Source: Callorhinchus milii (taxonomy: Eukaryota). From it: a DNA stretch of 64,000 nucleotides. Below the pieces are notes generated by a model that worked only from the letters and a program-made list of their open reading frames with translations, ran no database searches and was not told the origin of the DNA. Positions within the stretch are counted from its first letter, which is position 1, and each line of letters opens with the position of its first letter. Location: the NCBI RefSeq assembly GCF_018977255.1, contig NW_024704742.1, positions 2,978,001 to 3,042,000 on the forward strand, read 5' to 3'. A program made the translations under genes and the position numbers. Of the stretch, positions 1-10,464 are shown piece by piece.

Positions 1-168
1 CAATCCACGACTGTTTCTGGGACACTATTGTTGTAATTGGCTATCGCATTCAGCCCACAAAATACACAGTCAAATCCCTTTACAGTATACTCTGCGAAGC
101 GCTTTGAGATGTCTCAACAATGTGATAAGACGCTATATCAAATGCAAGGATTATTGTTATTATTACGA
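1..168 (+). mobile_element. 3' part of tRNA/Deu-type SINE, cut by the window edge
   Basis: caatccacgactgtt...gaagcgctttgagatgtc...cgctatatcaaatgcaaggattattgttatt matches the 3' half of the full copies at 3194 and 10132. Confidence 0.9.
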
Positions 169-989
169 TAAATTGGGTTGTTGCTGCCATTTTGCAAGCT
201 TCACATTTTTATGGATTCTCCTAAAGGGAGAGAGGTTAACCTAGTGAAGACACATGGACCCAATATCAATACTGTGCATCAGCCAAGCAATTTGAATTAC
301 AAACAATAATGCGTTGATGGGAGAGGGAAATGGTGGTTGCCAACCATTAAGATATTAGTCGATTTGTATTCACCCATGGTGACTATTATTATTACTTTCT
401 TGTTCTCTGTTTGTCATTTATCTACGATTATCTTTTAATTCAAAATGTGCATTCTAAACCACGAAACGCAATGGGCAGATTTGCAAAACCAAGATTGCAC
501 GAGGAAAACTCATTAAATGAAAAGATTTAAAGTGCGTATTAACTCGAGAAACAGCTCAGCCTAATCATGGTAAATAGCTGTATTATTCCAATACGTTCTC
601 TCAGAAACATACCCGACTTCATCTTGCTGCCAACTGCTTCTTCACTGGAGCTCTGTGCCTACCTGCCAACTTTTCCATCAAATCGCTCGTCCAACACACC
701 TCCCTTCCCGCTTCCATCATACTAATGCAATCTCTATCAATCATCCCCCCCAAAAACATCAGCGACTGTCTTTGTGACACAAACAACGCCAGCAGCTGTG
801 ATGTGTGATATCTATGTGTTCCCCGTAGTCAGGTATCAATTTGAATGTTCAGCAAATCTAACCTTTTATCCTTGTCCACGCAGAGGCAGTCAACAGTCCT
901 CATGGCAACAAAGCAAAGAGATGCATCGAACATGTTCTGTGTCCACATTCTTTATTGTGTTGACAAAAATCCTTTTTTTGTTGTTATCT

Positions 990-1530
990 GACACATGCGG
1001 GAAAACCATGATCGTGCTTAAGAGTGTCCTCACCAGACTGAGGGTTCCACACATGTACCCCACCTGTACTTGGAAGTTTCCCTGTGTCTGGAATGGAATG
1101 CGCACTTTCCTCCTTGGAGCGATGGATCCTGTTTACCTAAATCTGGAGAGAGTGAGGCGCAGGTTGATAAGAGCCAAGGCTCTAGGACTTCAGAGTATAC
1201 ATTGGGGTTCATGCTGGAGCCTATTCCAACTAAAACCGTGTAGCTTGCCACTGAAAGCACTCTGTGGCAAGCTTCCCGCTGCTTGTCCAGCTACGACCAC
1301 CCAACCTGTTAGGGGTTTGGTTTACAGGGTTAACAGGAGCTTAATGGGAAGAATCCCGGCCCCAAATGACTGGTCTGCCCCTTCGAGCAGTGCCAATGAG
1401 CCAAGCTGGCTGTGCTGTCATCAGCAGCGCCCTGGAGTACTGTAGACCTGGCTGGCTAAGGAACTGCTAGAAGGTTGGACATACCATTGCCAAGCACATC
1501 AACTTGGAGCCAGTTCAGCTCCAAGAAGCT
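990..1530 (+). repeat. Old unnamed dispersed repeat (~550 bp), most complete copy
   Basis: Blocks gtgcttaagagt, ggaatggaatgcgcac, agagccaaggct, tagcttgccactgaaagca, gggaagaatc and cagcagcgccctggagtact recur at 12230-12540(-), 41040-41295(-), 41820-42630(+) and 62750-63370(+). Confidence 0.8.
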
Positions 1531-1860
1531 CCCATTCCCCCCGCTCGTAGCCCCCCAACCATTCCCCCCCCCCCCACAACCAACTCCAAGAAGCATAGCA
1601 CAAATAAAAATATGTCCCGTGTTGTTTTAGGTAGAAAAAAGTTTCAGTTGTGGAGTAAGGGAGTTAAGTAACATGTCTCCTCGGGCTCATGTGGGCAATG
1701 GATTTATCATGTTAAGTATTTGTCATTTGTCATTCTGAACTTTTGACGTGTTCTTCTTAGAGCCAGCTGGAATGGCTACATCCTTAATACCTCGGGCGCT
1801 TTCCAAATGCAAAGCACTACCTTGAAAAAGCAATCTACCAGGACCTTTGTTAACTGTTTG

Positions 1861-1992
1861 CAGGAGATTATCCTTTGCTTGTTGGTAAATTTACCAACCT
1901 TTACTGTTGTGCGCTTTTAATGGGATTTCAGTTTGTAAACAGATATGACCAAAGGTCAGTAAATTTACTAACACGTGAAGGAAAATCCCCTG
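1861..1992. repeat. Degenerate inverted repeat (MITE-like relic)
   Basis: caggagattatcctttgcttgttggtaaatttaccaaccttt pairs imperfectly with aaaggtcagtaaatttactaacacgtgaaggaaaatcccctg. A perfect 18-bp palindrome lies at 1881-1898. Confidence 0.65.
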
Positions 1993-3193
1993 ACTATCCT
2001 TAAATTAATCGTAAAGTGTAATTTTGTTCCAGGCAGTGACCCCATTTATCAGGTTATTACATAATGTTGCAGTTGGAGGCTCTCAGTAATGTGGGATAAG
2101 AATAACAACCATTGAATTTCTGCTGCAGTATTCAATAAAATTTCAAATGATCATTTAGCCATTATAGTCTCAGGTTCACTTAGTGTTACAGCTGAAATCA
2201 GATAATGTGTGGTCAATGGGCATGAGATTGACAATATCAACCCTTCACATCTGGTATGAATTGCATTGAATGGTATCGTTCGTCCTTTGACCGAGGTGGT
2301 CATTCAGCTAAGGGCTCCGAGACACTGTCCCATGTGAAGAGCGCTATATAAATGCAAGTTGTTGTTCTTGTTGTCGTATCGTGTCTGTGTTGGCTCTTAA
2401 AGAGCAATCCATTCAGTCCTGTTTACCGGCCTTTTCCTCCCCCTCCCCACGCCTTCAAATTATTTCTCTTTGAATATCTATTTATCTAGTTCGCTCTTAA
2501 AATCTAATCTGGATTCTACCTTGTTTCACCCACAAAATATACAGTTAATTCTCTTTACAGGATATTCTGTGAAGTGCTTTGAGATGTCTCGACCACGTCA
2601 TCGAGTGCTACATCAAATACAAGGATTATGATTATTATTATTATTATAATTAATGCTATTACATCGACCACTGCACCCAACAGGGCATTCCACATACTAA
2701 CAACTGTCTGAATAAAAAAATACCCGTAATCTTTCTTTTGGCTCCTTTATTAATTCGCAGGCCTGGTATAACAAGCTTCTTTACAGCTACATTCAGTTTG
2801 GATGGGAAAGCCATTCACAAGGCATAAATACACTATTGTTCAAAGGGTTATTACTGCAATCCTTGGGATAGTACTCTTGGTTTCATGTCGCTGCTGAAAG
2901 AGCAGTCAGCTCCTTCGCTAGCACAATAAACCCACTGTGAATGTCCAGCGTTGCATTCAGGCTCAGCGCTCCTGTACATTTTGTCATTAATATAGGAACT
3001 TTGGATTCCGAGCTCCGGCTTCTGTGGGACAAACGTATTGCGCAGTGACGCACTGAGATGTACGGAGAAGAAGAATATCGAGTTTAATCCGTGGTGCGTG
3101 CTGATTTAGCGACTGTTGGCTTCTGTGTACTGGGAAAGAAAGGGGGGAATTAAAATCAGCCACGATTCCTGCTCTAGAACATTTTCTACTTGT

Positions 3194-3524
3194 GGAGCCT
3201 CGTAGCTCAGTGGTTAGAGCACTCGCTTTGCAAGTGAGAGACCTGAGTTCAATTCCAGTCAGAGGGCGAAACCTTGGGCAAGTTTCCTTACTCCACACAG
3301 AGCCTAATAATAATCCCTCCAAAACCAAAAACAATAATAAATTGGTCATTTTCAATCCACGACTGTTTGTGGGACATTGCTGTGCGCAATTGGCTGCCGC
3401 GTTCGCCCACAAATATACAATCAATTCACTTTACAGTGTGTTCTGTGAAGCGCTTTGAGACGTCCTCCCGACGTGAAAAGCGCTATATCAAATGCAAGGA
3501 TTATTATTATTATTATTATTATTA
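3194..3524 (+). mobile_element. Full-length young tRNA-Ala-derived SINE (resembles the elephant shark SINE2 family)
   Basis: A-box tagctcagtggttag, TGC anticodon loop (ctttgcaag), B-box gagttcaattcc, Deu/L2-like 3' body and (TTA)n tail. Nearly identical to the copies at 10132, 15446 and 42035. Confidence 0.95.
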
Positions 3525-5364
3525 CTGACCCTGTCTTTCTCTTCTAGTAGGCTTGCAGCAATGCCAGGGGAAACCTCAAGAGATGGAAATAATATCTCTT
3601 TAACACTGGGAGAGAAATTTCACCTTAAGCCTGGATTTTAGTGCATCAAGAATTTGACAAATTGTTGAATTCAGACGCAGGTTTGAAGGTTCTTCTCTGT
3701 AGTTCATAAAAGAACTTACAGGGGAAAAAATCTTCACAGTTTAAGGCTATATTTAAGCATCCGGCAAATTCTGCACACTCTAAAATGCTAATAAATAAGA
3801 GTAAATCCAGAACCAGGTGGAATTTTGTCCCCTGTGTTTTCTCAATGTCGCACAAACAAAAATCTTCATGAAACAAATATTACTTTCTCTGTTTATCTTA
3901 ATCAATACAGTATATATTTGTACTTGAGGAAGAGAAAATAAATAATGATTAACCTTGTATTTGCCATAGCCCTCTTCACGATAGGAGGATGTTTCAAGGC
4001 CCTTCACGCGATTCACTATCAAGTGTAATTTGTGCACAGCAATGTCGCACAAACAGCCACGAAGTAAACAAAGAATTTCATGCAGAGAAATTATTGAGGA
4101 AAGTATGCAAAGCAGGTATAAGAAATCCTCGTGATTTCGCATTGGATCACCATTAGTTCCTTGAGGCTCCTGCTACGGAAAGACGAGCTGTAATTTCTGC
4201 TGTGAGATAAAATCGTAAGTAATAATTGGAAATCCAAGACATTCTGAATCACCCCATTATTTACAGCCAGTCTATTAGAATTAAAACAGTAGCTTATATA
4301 TATAGGGTCAAAATTGGAACATGTCATATTACCACCGTTGATAGTATTACATCCTACAGTTTTGACCCTGGTATAGAATTTTTTAAACTTAGTCTCAGTT
4401 GTTGACTCAGCTCTGGAGACAGAAGAAGTCAATGCACTATTTTGTTATCGCTTGCCAGTGCATTGTGCTCTGTGCCTCAGAGTTGCTTTGAATCATCTGA
4501 GGCTGGGATACCAGCTGTCGTCAAGACCGGGGCAGGTAAACCATTGGGCAGATTTTTGCTCTTTAATCAGTGAAGGTTTAGGGCGGTCGAGCTTGTGATT
4601 TCAGCTTGTGGCTTTGAGGGAACGGCACCCAGCAGGAGCTGAAAAACGGCCAAGCCGATAAAATGCCCTCCCCGCCAGTCCATCTGGTGCTCCTTTTTCC
4701 CACCTGGTCCTGCCCTTCAATTCATCTGCTCTCATGTCAGCTTGAAACATGACAGGTTTTGCTTTGAGAATGCTACTGAGCGTCGGTAAGTCATCCAACG
4801 GGACATCAAATGCCAACAGTTATGTTTCATCCGCTGTGGAGCTCCTGAATCAGGGCTGTTTGACACGTGAAATCAAGAGTGCTAATATCCCGAGGACTGC
4901 AGTAATAATGCTCTGAACATCAGTGTATTTAATAATAATAATAATAATAATAATAATCCTTTACAGGGCTGCAAATAGCCCCATCATGCCAATCTGAGTG
5001 CAAAAAATACCTTTATAATCTGTACTATATCGGCCATAATGGACACCTGTGAATGAGTTATTGGATTGTAAGTATCTCGTTCAGGGGGGGTTTCAGTTAT
5101 TGCGTTCAGCACAGGCGATTTATTAAACCTCCCAGTGCTCCAGTGTTCAACCTTGATCTCACGCCCTGCTGCTTGTTAAATTAAACCTTCAAGTGAAATC
5201 TTAAAACTGGGGTTGTGAGATTTCATTGGTCTCTTGTCATTTTTAGGAGCCATTGGAATTTTACCACATATACAGTTGTGTATTTGCTTTGGAGAAGAAT
5301 CGAGATTTTGTAAAATTTTCCACGCCGGCTGTATTTACAATGAGTCTCCCACATGCCTGCCAAT

Positions 5365-5595
5365 GTTGGGCAAGTTTCCTTACTCCACACACCTCTGTTT
5401 ACCTAGCAGTAAGTAGGAACCCGGTTGCCAGTCGATTGCTGGATCACTTTTCCGGGATAATCATCCCTTCAAAAATAAATAAATAATAATTATAGTTTGG
5501 TCGCTCAACCCACGGCTGTTTGTGGGGGCGCTGCTGTGTGCAATTGGCTGCCGCGTTTCGCCCACAAAATATACAGTTAATCCACTTTACATTTA
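5365..5595 (+). mobile_element. 5'-truncated long-variant SINE
   Basis: ttgggcaagtttccttactccacacacctctgtttacctagcagtaagtaggaacccgg followed by the common body. Confidence 0.85.
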
Positions 5596-5719
5596 ATAAT
5601 AAAATAATCCTTGCATTTGATGCAGCGCCTTGTTACATTGTCGAGACGTCTCAAAGCACTTTACAGGAAATACTGTCAAGTGGGTTGACTGTGTATTTTC
5701 TGGGCGAATGTGGCAGCCG

Positions 5720-5968
5720 ATTAAAGAGAGGCCAGGTGGAGAGATTGAGGAGGGGAGTTCCAGAGGCTGGGGACGTTGTGATTAAAGGCACAGCCATTAA
5801 TGGCAGCCCAGAGGGGTCAGGGGATGCTCAATGGCAGAGGGGGCAAGCCGTGGGGTGGATTGAGGTATGAGCAGGTCCGAGAGGTAGAGAGGTTCTTGGG
5901 CATGAAAGGTTTTGTGGGTGACAGTGAAGATCTTGAACTCGATCCATTCAGAGACAAGGAGCCTGGCG
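5720..5968 (-). mobile_element. L2 LINE ORF2 fragment
   Basis: Reverse strand resembles the L2 C-terminal region (LHWLPV..RI.FKI-like). A similar segment lies at ~9980-10110. Confidence 0.65.
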
Positions 5969-6184
5969 AGCAACACAAGATCCTAACTGAGCTTAATCAT
6001 TATATTCTTTGTGTAAGATGTGTCTGCGTGGCTTAGCACTCTGTGTATGACTTCTATCACTAAGTTGGTCAGAGGCTGGTTGTAAGACACAGATACTATT
6101 ATACCTTATGGTAAAACAGCGCTCGACAAGTTTCACTTCCTTTTGGAGCACAATTTTAGTTGGGACATGGGGGAAAAAAAGCTG

Positions 6185-6590
6185 GTGACGATGTACTCAG
6201 TTGGTAACACTCTCGCCTCTGTGACAGAAGGCTGTGGGTTCAAGTCCCACATCAGGACTTGGAACAAACACAGTCTAAACTGACATTTCAATGCGGTGCT
6301 GGGGGTGTGTTGCATCCTTCGGATGACACGTTAAACCAAGGCCCCATCTGCCTCTTCAGATGCACATTAAAGATCCCATGGCACTATTCAAAAGGAGAAG
6401 GGAGTTTCTCCCAGCCAACAATCCCCCAAATAAAACTGATCATTGACTTCATGGCTAATGTGAGCCATTACTGCGCACAAATTGGCTGCCGCATTCGCTC
6501 GCGAAGCACACAGTCACTACACTTCACCCTAAATCCTGTGAGGCGCTTTGGGACATCCTCCTGATATGAAATACACTACACCAAATCTAA
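6185..6590 (+). mobile_element. Older Deu-domain SINE (DeuSINE/SacSINE1-like)
   Basis: tRNA-like head (ctcagttggtaacactctcgcctctg...gggttcaagtccc), then gacacgttaaaccaaggccccatctgcctcttcag...aagatcccatggcactattc, typical of the Deu domain. Confidence 0.85.
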
Positions 6591-7333
6591 GAAAGAAAAG
6601 AAAAATCTGTAAGACAATGCTACATGCAAATTAGCTGTCACATTTGCCCACATATACACTGCACTTTGCAGTGAATCCTGTGAAGCGCGTGGATACATAT
6701 TCGCGGCATTAAAGGCGCGATATCAAATCCAAGGATGGTTGAATCGTTATAAGCGCAGTGAATGCAGACACAGGCAGGATGGCTGGCCAGTGGAATAGCT
6801 GGCTGCTTGGTACCTGGGTTGAACTGCACTTGTCCTGTTTATACTGGGAAATTGAATTCAATTTGGATCACCAGAGTGTAAACACTAAGGAAATTGAATA
6901 GCAGATCAACCAATCTGAACTGAATTAAAATCAAATACAGTGTATCTTGATTTGGGTTTATTGGATTTCTCCTGTGTTTACATCCACCTTTGCCCTGAAC
7001 TATTACGTGAGCCAGACAATATCACATTACCCTTTCCAGTCCGTGTGCTTAGGTCCAAAGATGCTTCATTCCCAGCAGTGCGGAGATACAAAGCACAAAG
7101 CCCAAATTGTACTTCATGTTTCACTTCGCAATAAGGCTGGTTAAAAAAATGCAGACACCTGATTTCAGAACTTTACAATTACCTTACCTTACCTTAGAGC
7201 ACGGGGGGGGATCATTTCATTCCGATCGTAATTTTTTTAAATGTATTTAAAGAACTGCCCGCTTGATTACCTCTCCTAGTTATATCAAAAAAAATCTCTG
7301 TTGAAAGGTCTGCATTGAACTCGCTAAGTGCTT

Positions 7334-7520
7334 TCAAAGGGCGAGTGGAGGCATGAATGCAGAAGTTAACCCCATGTCTGCGGATGATATCACTGAGGGA
7401 AAACACGTCAATATTAAAGAGGAGAGGACTAAGGACAGAGCCCCGAGGAACACCACATGGGACAGAGCAAGAGATGGAGAAGAACCTGTTAGTGGATACC
7501 AAGTGCAGAAGGTTTGCTGC
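7334..7520 (-). mobile_element. L2 LINE reverse transcriptase fragment
   Basis: Translates VPCGVPRGSVLSPLLFNIDVFSLSDIIRRHGVNF, matching the GVPQGSVLGPLLFNIY..LGDIIRRHG motif before YADD. Confidence 0.85.
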
Positions 7521-7825
7521 TGGCGTTGACCGCACAAATACAGTCCGAAAAACTTAGTATTTACTGTTCTGCACTCAGAGACTTTAATCTAATAATGTGG
7601 CACATCAAATGCAAAGATTATAATTACAACAGAACTCCATTATAAAGCAGCGCTCGCGATCTATAAAATTCTAATTTGCTTTTCATTGATGCGTAAAAAG
7701 AGATTCGTCTTCCTGAGAAGTGACAGGTTCTCTCGCTAAAATCAAATAAAAATTGCCCAAATCCATTGCCAACCTGCTCAGTAAAGCATGAACTGATGTA
7801 GTCAACGGCCCTAATGATTTCAGTC

Positions 7826-8020
7826 TTGAGAGAAGATGACTCAGAGGGGACCTCATAGAGTGTATAAAATTTTAAATGAGCTTGAAAAAGTAAATCCAAA
7901 TCAATGCAGTACGCAACAAGACAGTAGAATAAGAAGATATGGGATTAGAGTTGTAAAGGGCAATTTCAGGATAGATACCAACAAGCTTTTCTTTACGGAG
8001 AGGGTAATTAATGACTGGAG
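7826..8020 (+). mobile_element. CR1 LINE ORF2 C-terminal fragment
   Basis: RGDLIE (frameshift) YKILNELEKVNP...KGNFRIDTNKLFFTERVINDW resembles the CR1 RGDLI..YK...FFTQRVVN.WN motif. Confidence 0.85.
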
Positions 8021-8212
8021 AACACAAAATACTGCGGATGCTGGAAATCTGAAAACAGAAACAGAAGTCATTCGCTGGGAACACTCAGCAGGTCAGGCAG
8101 CGTCTATGGAGAAAGGTCGTGGACCCGAAACGTTGACTCACTTTCCTTTCTCCATAGATGCTGCCTGACCTGCTGAGTGTTCCCAGCGAATGACTTCTGT
8201 TTTTTGTTTTTT
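8020..8212. mobile_element. Palindromic Penelope-like terminal-repeat element
   Basis: ~58-bp arms aaacagaagtcattcgctgggaacactcagcaggtcaggcagcgtctatggagaaagg / cctttctccatagatgctgcctgacctgctgagtgttcccagcgaatgacttctgttt with 1 mismatch. The loop carries part of a hammerhead (ggtcgtggacccgaaacgttgac). Confidence 0.75.
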
Positions 8213-8289
8213 CAATCAACGACTGGAACACGTCTTTCGCAGTCAAAATCGGGGGCCAATCGCACAAAGCGGTGTCCCGCAGACCTCCA

Positions 8290-8545
8290 TGGAGTCAGTG
8301 ACCAATTTTATTTTGGGGCAATTGTTGTTTGGCCAAAACACCAGGAGAAACTCCCTTCTCTCTTTGAATCTTGCCGCGGGGTCTTTTAATATCCTCCTGA
8401 ACAGGCAGTCGAGACCTTGGGTTTAACGTCTCATCCAAAGGACGGCAAAGCATTCCCAACCCTTCATTGGAGCGTTAACTTAGGTCACTTAATTCCAACT
8501 CCCAACTTTCCGATTCAGAGCCGAGAGTGCTATCAACTGAGCCAG
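8290..8545 (-). mobile_element. Deu-domain SINE, 5' part
   Basis: Reverse complement of the head and Deu block (ggtttaacgtctcatccaaag...gagagtgctatcaactgagcca). Confidence 0.8.
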
Positions 8546-8951
8546 GCTGGCACGCAAGTGAATGGGGTCCACAGTGCAAGCAGGTCGCAAGCGGATTTAC
8601 GCTCCAGTGAAGCATCTTATGATGGGGCTGCACGACCTCACTGTCTGTGGAAGAGAACAGAAAAACCCTGAACACGCCAATAACCTACTTCAATCCTTCC
8701 TGCAAAGCCGGAACTGACAGTTCTTTAACGGCTCACAGCTAAAATTGAGCTCAGCCCCGCCGTGTGGATGTCAAGGAGGACTGAGGAAATCTGACTAAAG
8801 ATCAGCGTTATAAATAAAGTCCATTTTACGCTCTCCTCCCTCTGAAGAAAACATTGATACACGGGATGATGCGCAGTGCTTTGGAAACTTTCCAAATTTC
8901 GACTGCAAAATATTGCATTCGTGTCATCTTCCGACGAACCGAGCGGCTCAC

Positions 8952-8965
8952 GTCACCATGGCAAC
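8952..8965. promoter_or_regulatory. RFX X-box with overlapping CRE half-site
   Basis: GTCACC-AT-GGCAAC fits GTNRCC(N0-3)RGYAAC and overlaps TGACGT on the minus strand. A CCAAT lies near 9128. Confidence 0.4.
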
Positions 8966-9849
8966 AGCCAGAGTTGTCATGAAGTGGTACGGAGATCAGA
9001 ATTGCTCTCTGCGGGATGTTGCAAGGGGTCTTTAACTTCAGATACGGAGAGGGAAAAAAAATCAATGGCAAAATCACCATCAAACCGTCTAAGGCTGATG
9101 CCTAATGTAAGCGGGCACAGATCCTAACCAATGGCTGAACATCCGGCTCAGACTCAAGAGTTTCCCTTATCTGTCCTCCACCCAAATGTCGGGGCACAAT
9201 CAGCCTTTATCAAGGGCATGCATCATTATTAAGGCACACTTCTTTTAATTAAGGTTTTACAACAAGCCAAACACGAGAAAGCCTGGAGCATCATTCTGAT
9301 CTACAAGGCAGTAATGCAATGCAAAAAAAAAAGAGACAGTGGAGAGGTTAGAGACATATATTTGAATGGAGGGCGGAGAGAGCAACACACTTTATACAGG
9401 CTGCGCACATACTAATCTGTACTTGCAAGCGCATTCATAAAAATTCACTAAACGTCCCACTTGACTTCTGCAACCCAATTGCAAGTGTTTTTTTTTAAAG
9501 TGTTATTTGGTTGTTTTGAAATATTTATGAGGGACTTGACATAATCACAGTCGGTTGCCCATGGCAGAGCAAACCCACGCTCCTTTAAACATTTATGCTA
9601 ATTAAAAATCAATAAGGTGTAAACTGAAGTCTGGAAATGGGAGAGAAAAAAAAACTTTCTTTCCGAATCACGTTTGAAGGCACCTTTGCCGTCATGCTTG
9701 CTTGCAATTAGATAATCGCTCTAACAGGGCTAACCGTTCCCAGTATTGATGGTGTCTCACTGATATAAACTACCGGTCGACAGGGTGAGTTCATAAGCAC
9801 TGATGCACAGTGTGTGGCCGATGCCTGGAGCCTACGTTAAGCAGCACAC

Positions 9850-9949
9850 AAAAACAGAAGTCGCTGGGAAACACTCAGCAGGTCAGGCCGCATCTACGGA
9901 GAAAAGGAAAGTGAGTCAACGTTTCGGGTCCACGACCCTTCGTCAGAAC
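9850..9949 (-). mobile_element. Penelope-like terminal fragment containing a minimal hammerhead ribozyme motif
   Basis: Minus strand reads GTT-CTGACGA-A-GGGTC-GTG-GACCC-GAAAC-GTT-GAC, followed by the same arm seen at 8055-8205. Confidence 0.7.
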
Positions 9950-10131
9950 GTCGCAGATGTAGAATGGGGGGTGGGGGGAGGCCACGGAGGAATTTAAAGG
10001 TGAGAACGAGGATCTTGAACTCAATCCGCTGGGAGTTGGGGAGCCAGAGGAAGCGAGCGAAGATGTGGGCGATAGGCTGGCAGTGCTGGGTGCAAGAGGG
10101 GACACGAGCTACAGAGTTCTGGATAGTTTGT

Positions 10132-10464
10132 GGAGTCCTGTAGCTCAGTGGTTAGAGCACTCGCTTTGCAAGCGAGAGACCTGAGTTCAATTCCAGGCAG
10201 AGGGCGAAACCTTGGACAAGTTTCCTTACTCCACACAGAGCCTAATAATAATCCCTCCAGAACCAAAAGCAATAATAAATTGGTCATTTTCAATCTGCGA
10301 CTGTTTGTGGGACATTGCTGTGCGCAATTGGCTGCCGCGTTCGCCCACAAACATACAGTCAATTCACTCTACAGTGTGTTCTGTGAAGAGCTTTGGGACG
10401 TCCTCCCGACGTGAAAAGCGCTATATCAAATGCAAGGATTATTATTATTATTATTATTATTATT
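10132..10464 (+). mobile_element. Full-length young tRNA-Ala-derived SINE
   Basis: ggagtcctgtagctcagtggttagagc...(TTA)n, near-identical to the copy at 3194. Confidence 0.95.

Noticed and set aside
774..1445. Longest ORF (223 aa)
   Set aside because: Non-ATG start, lies mostly over the old dispersed repeat, has no recognisable domain, and the frame is not evidently kept in other copies.
3194..3265. tRNA-Ala gene (also at 10132, 15446, 42035)
   Set aside because: These are SINE heads: no proper acceptor stem or T-run terminator, and each continues into the SINE body and tail.
2987..3528. Recurrent peptides such as MTNLLLFLVLEGLLLGSVWSKETC and KFPYSTQSLIII that look like a secreted protein family
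   Set aside because: They are translations of SINE copies on both strands.
4091..4432. 113-aa minus ORF with an internal acceptor-like site
   Set aside because: No recognisable homology and no convincing donor.
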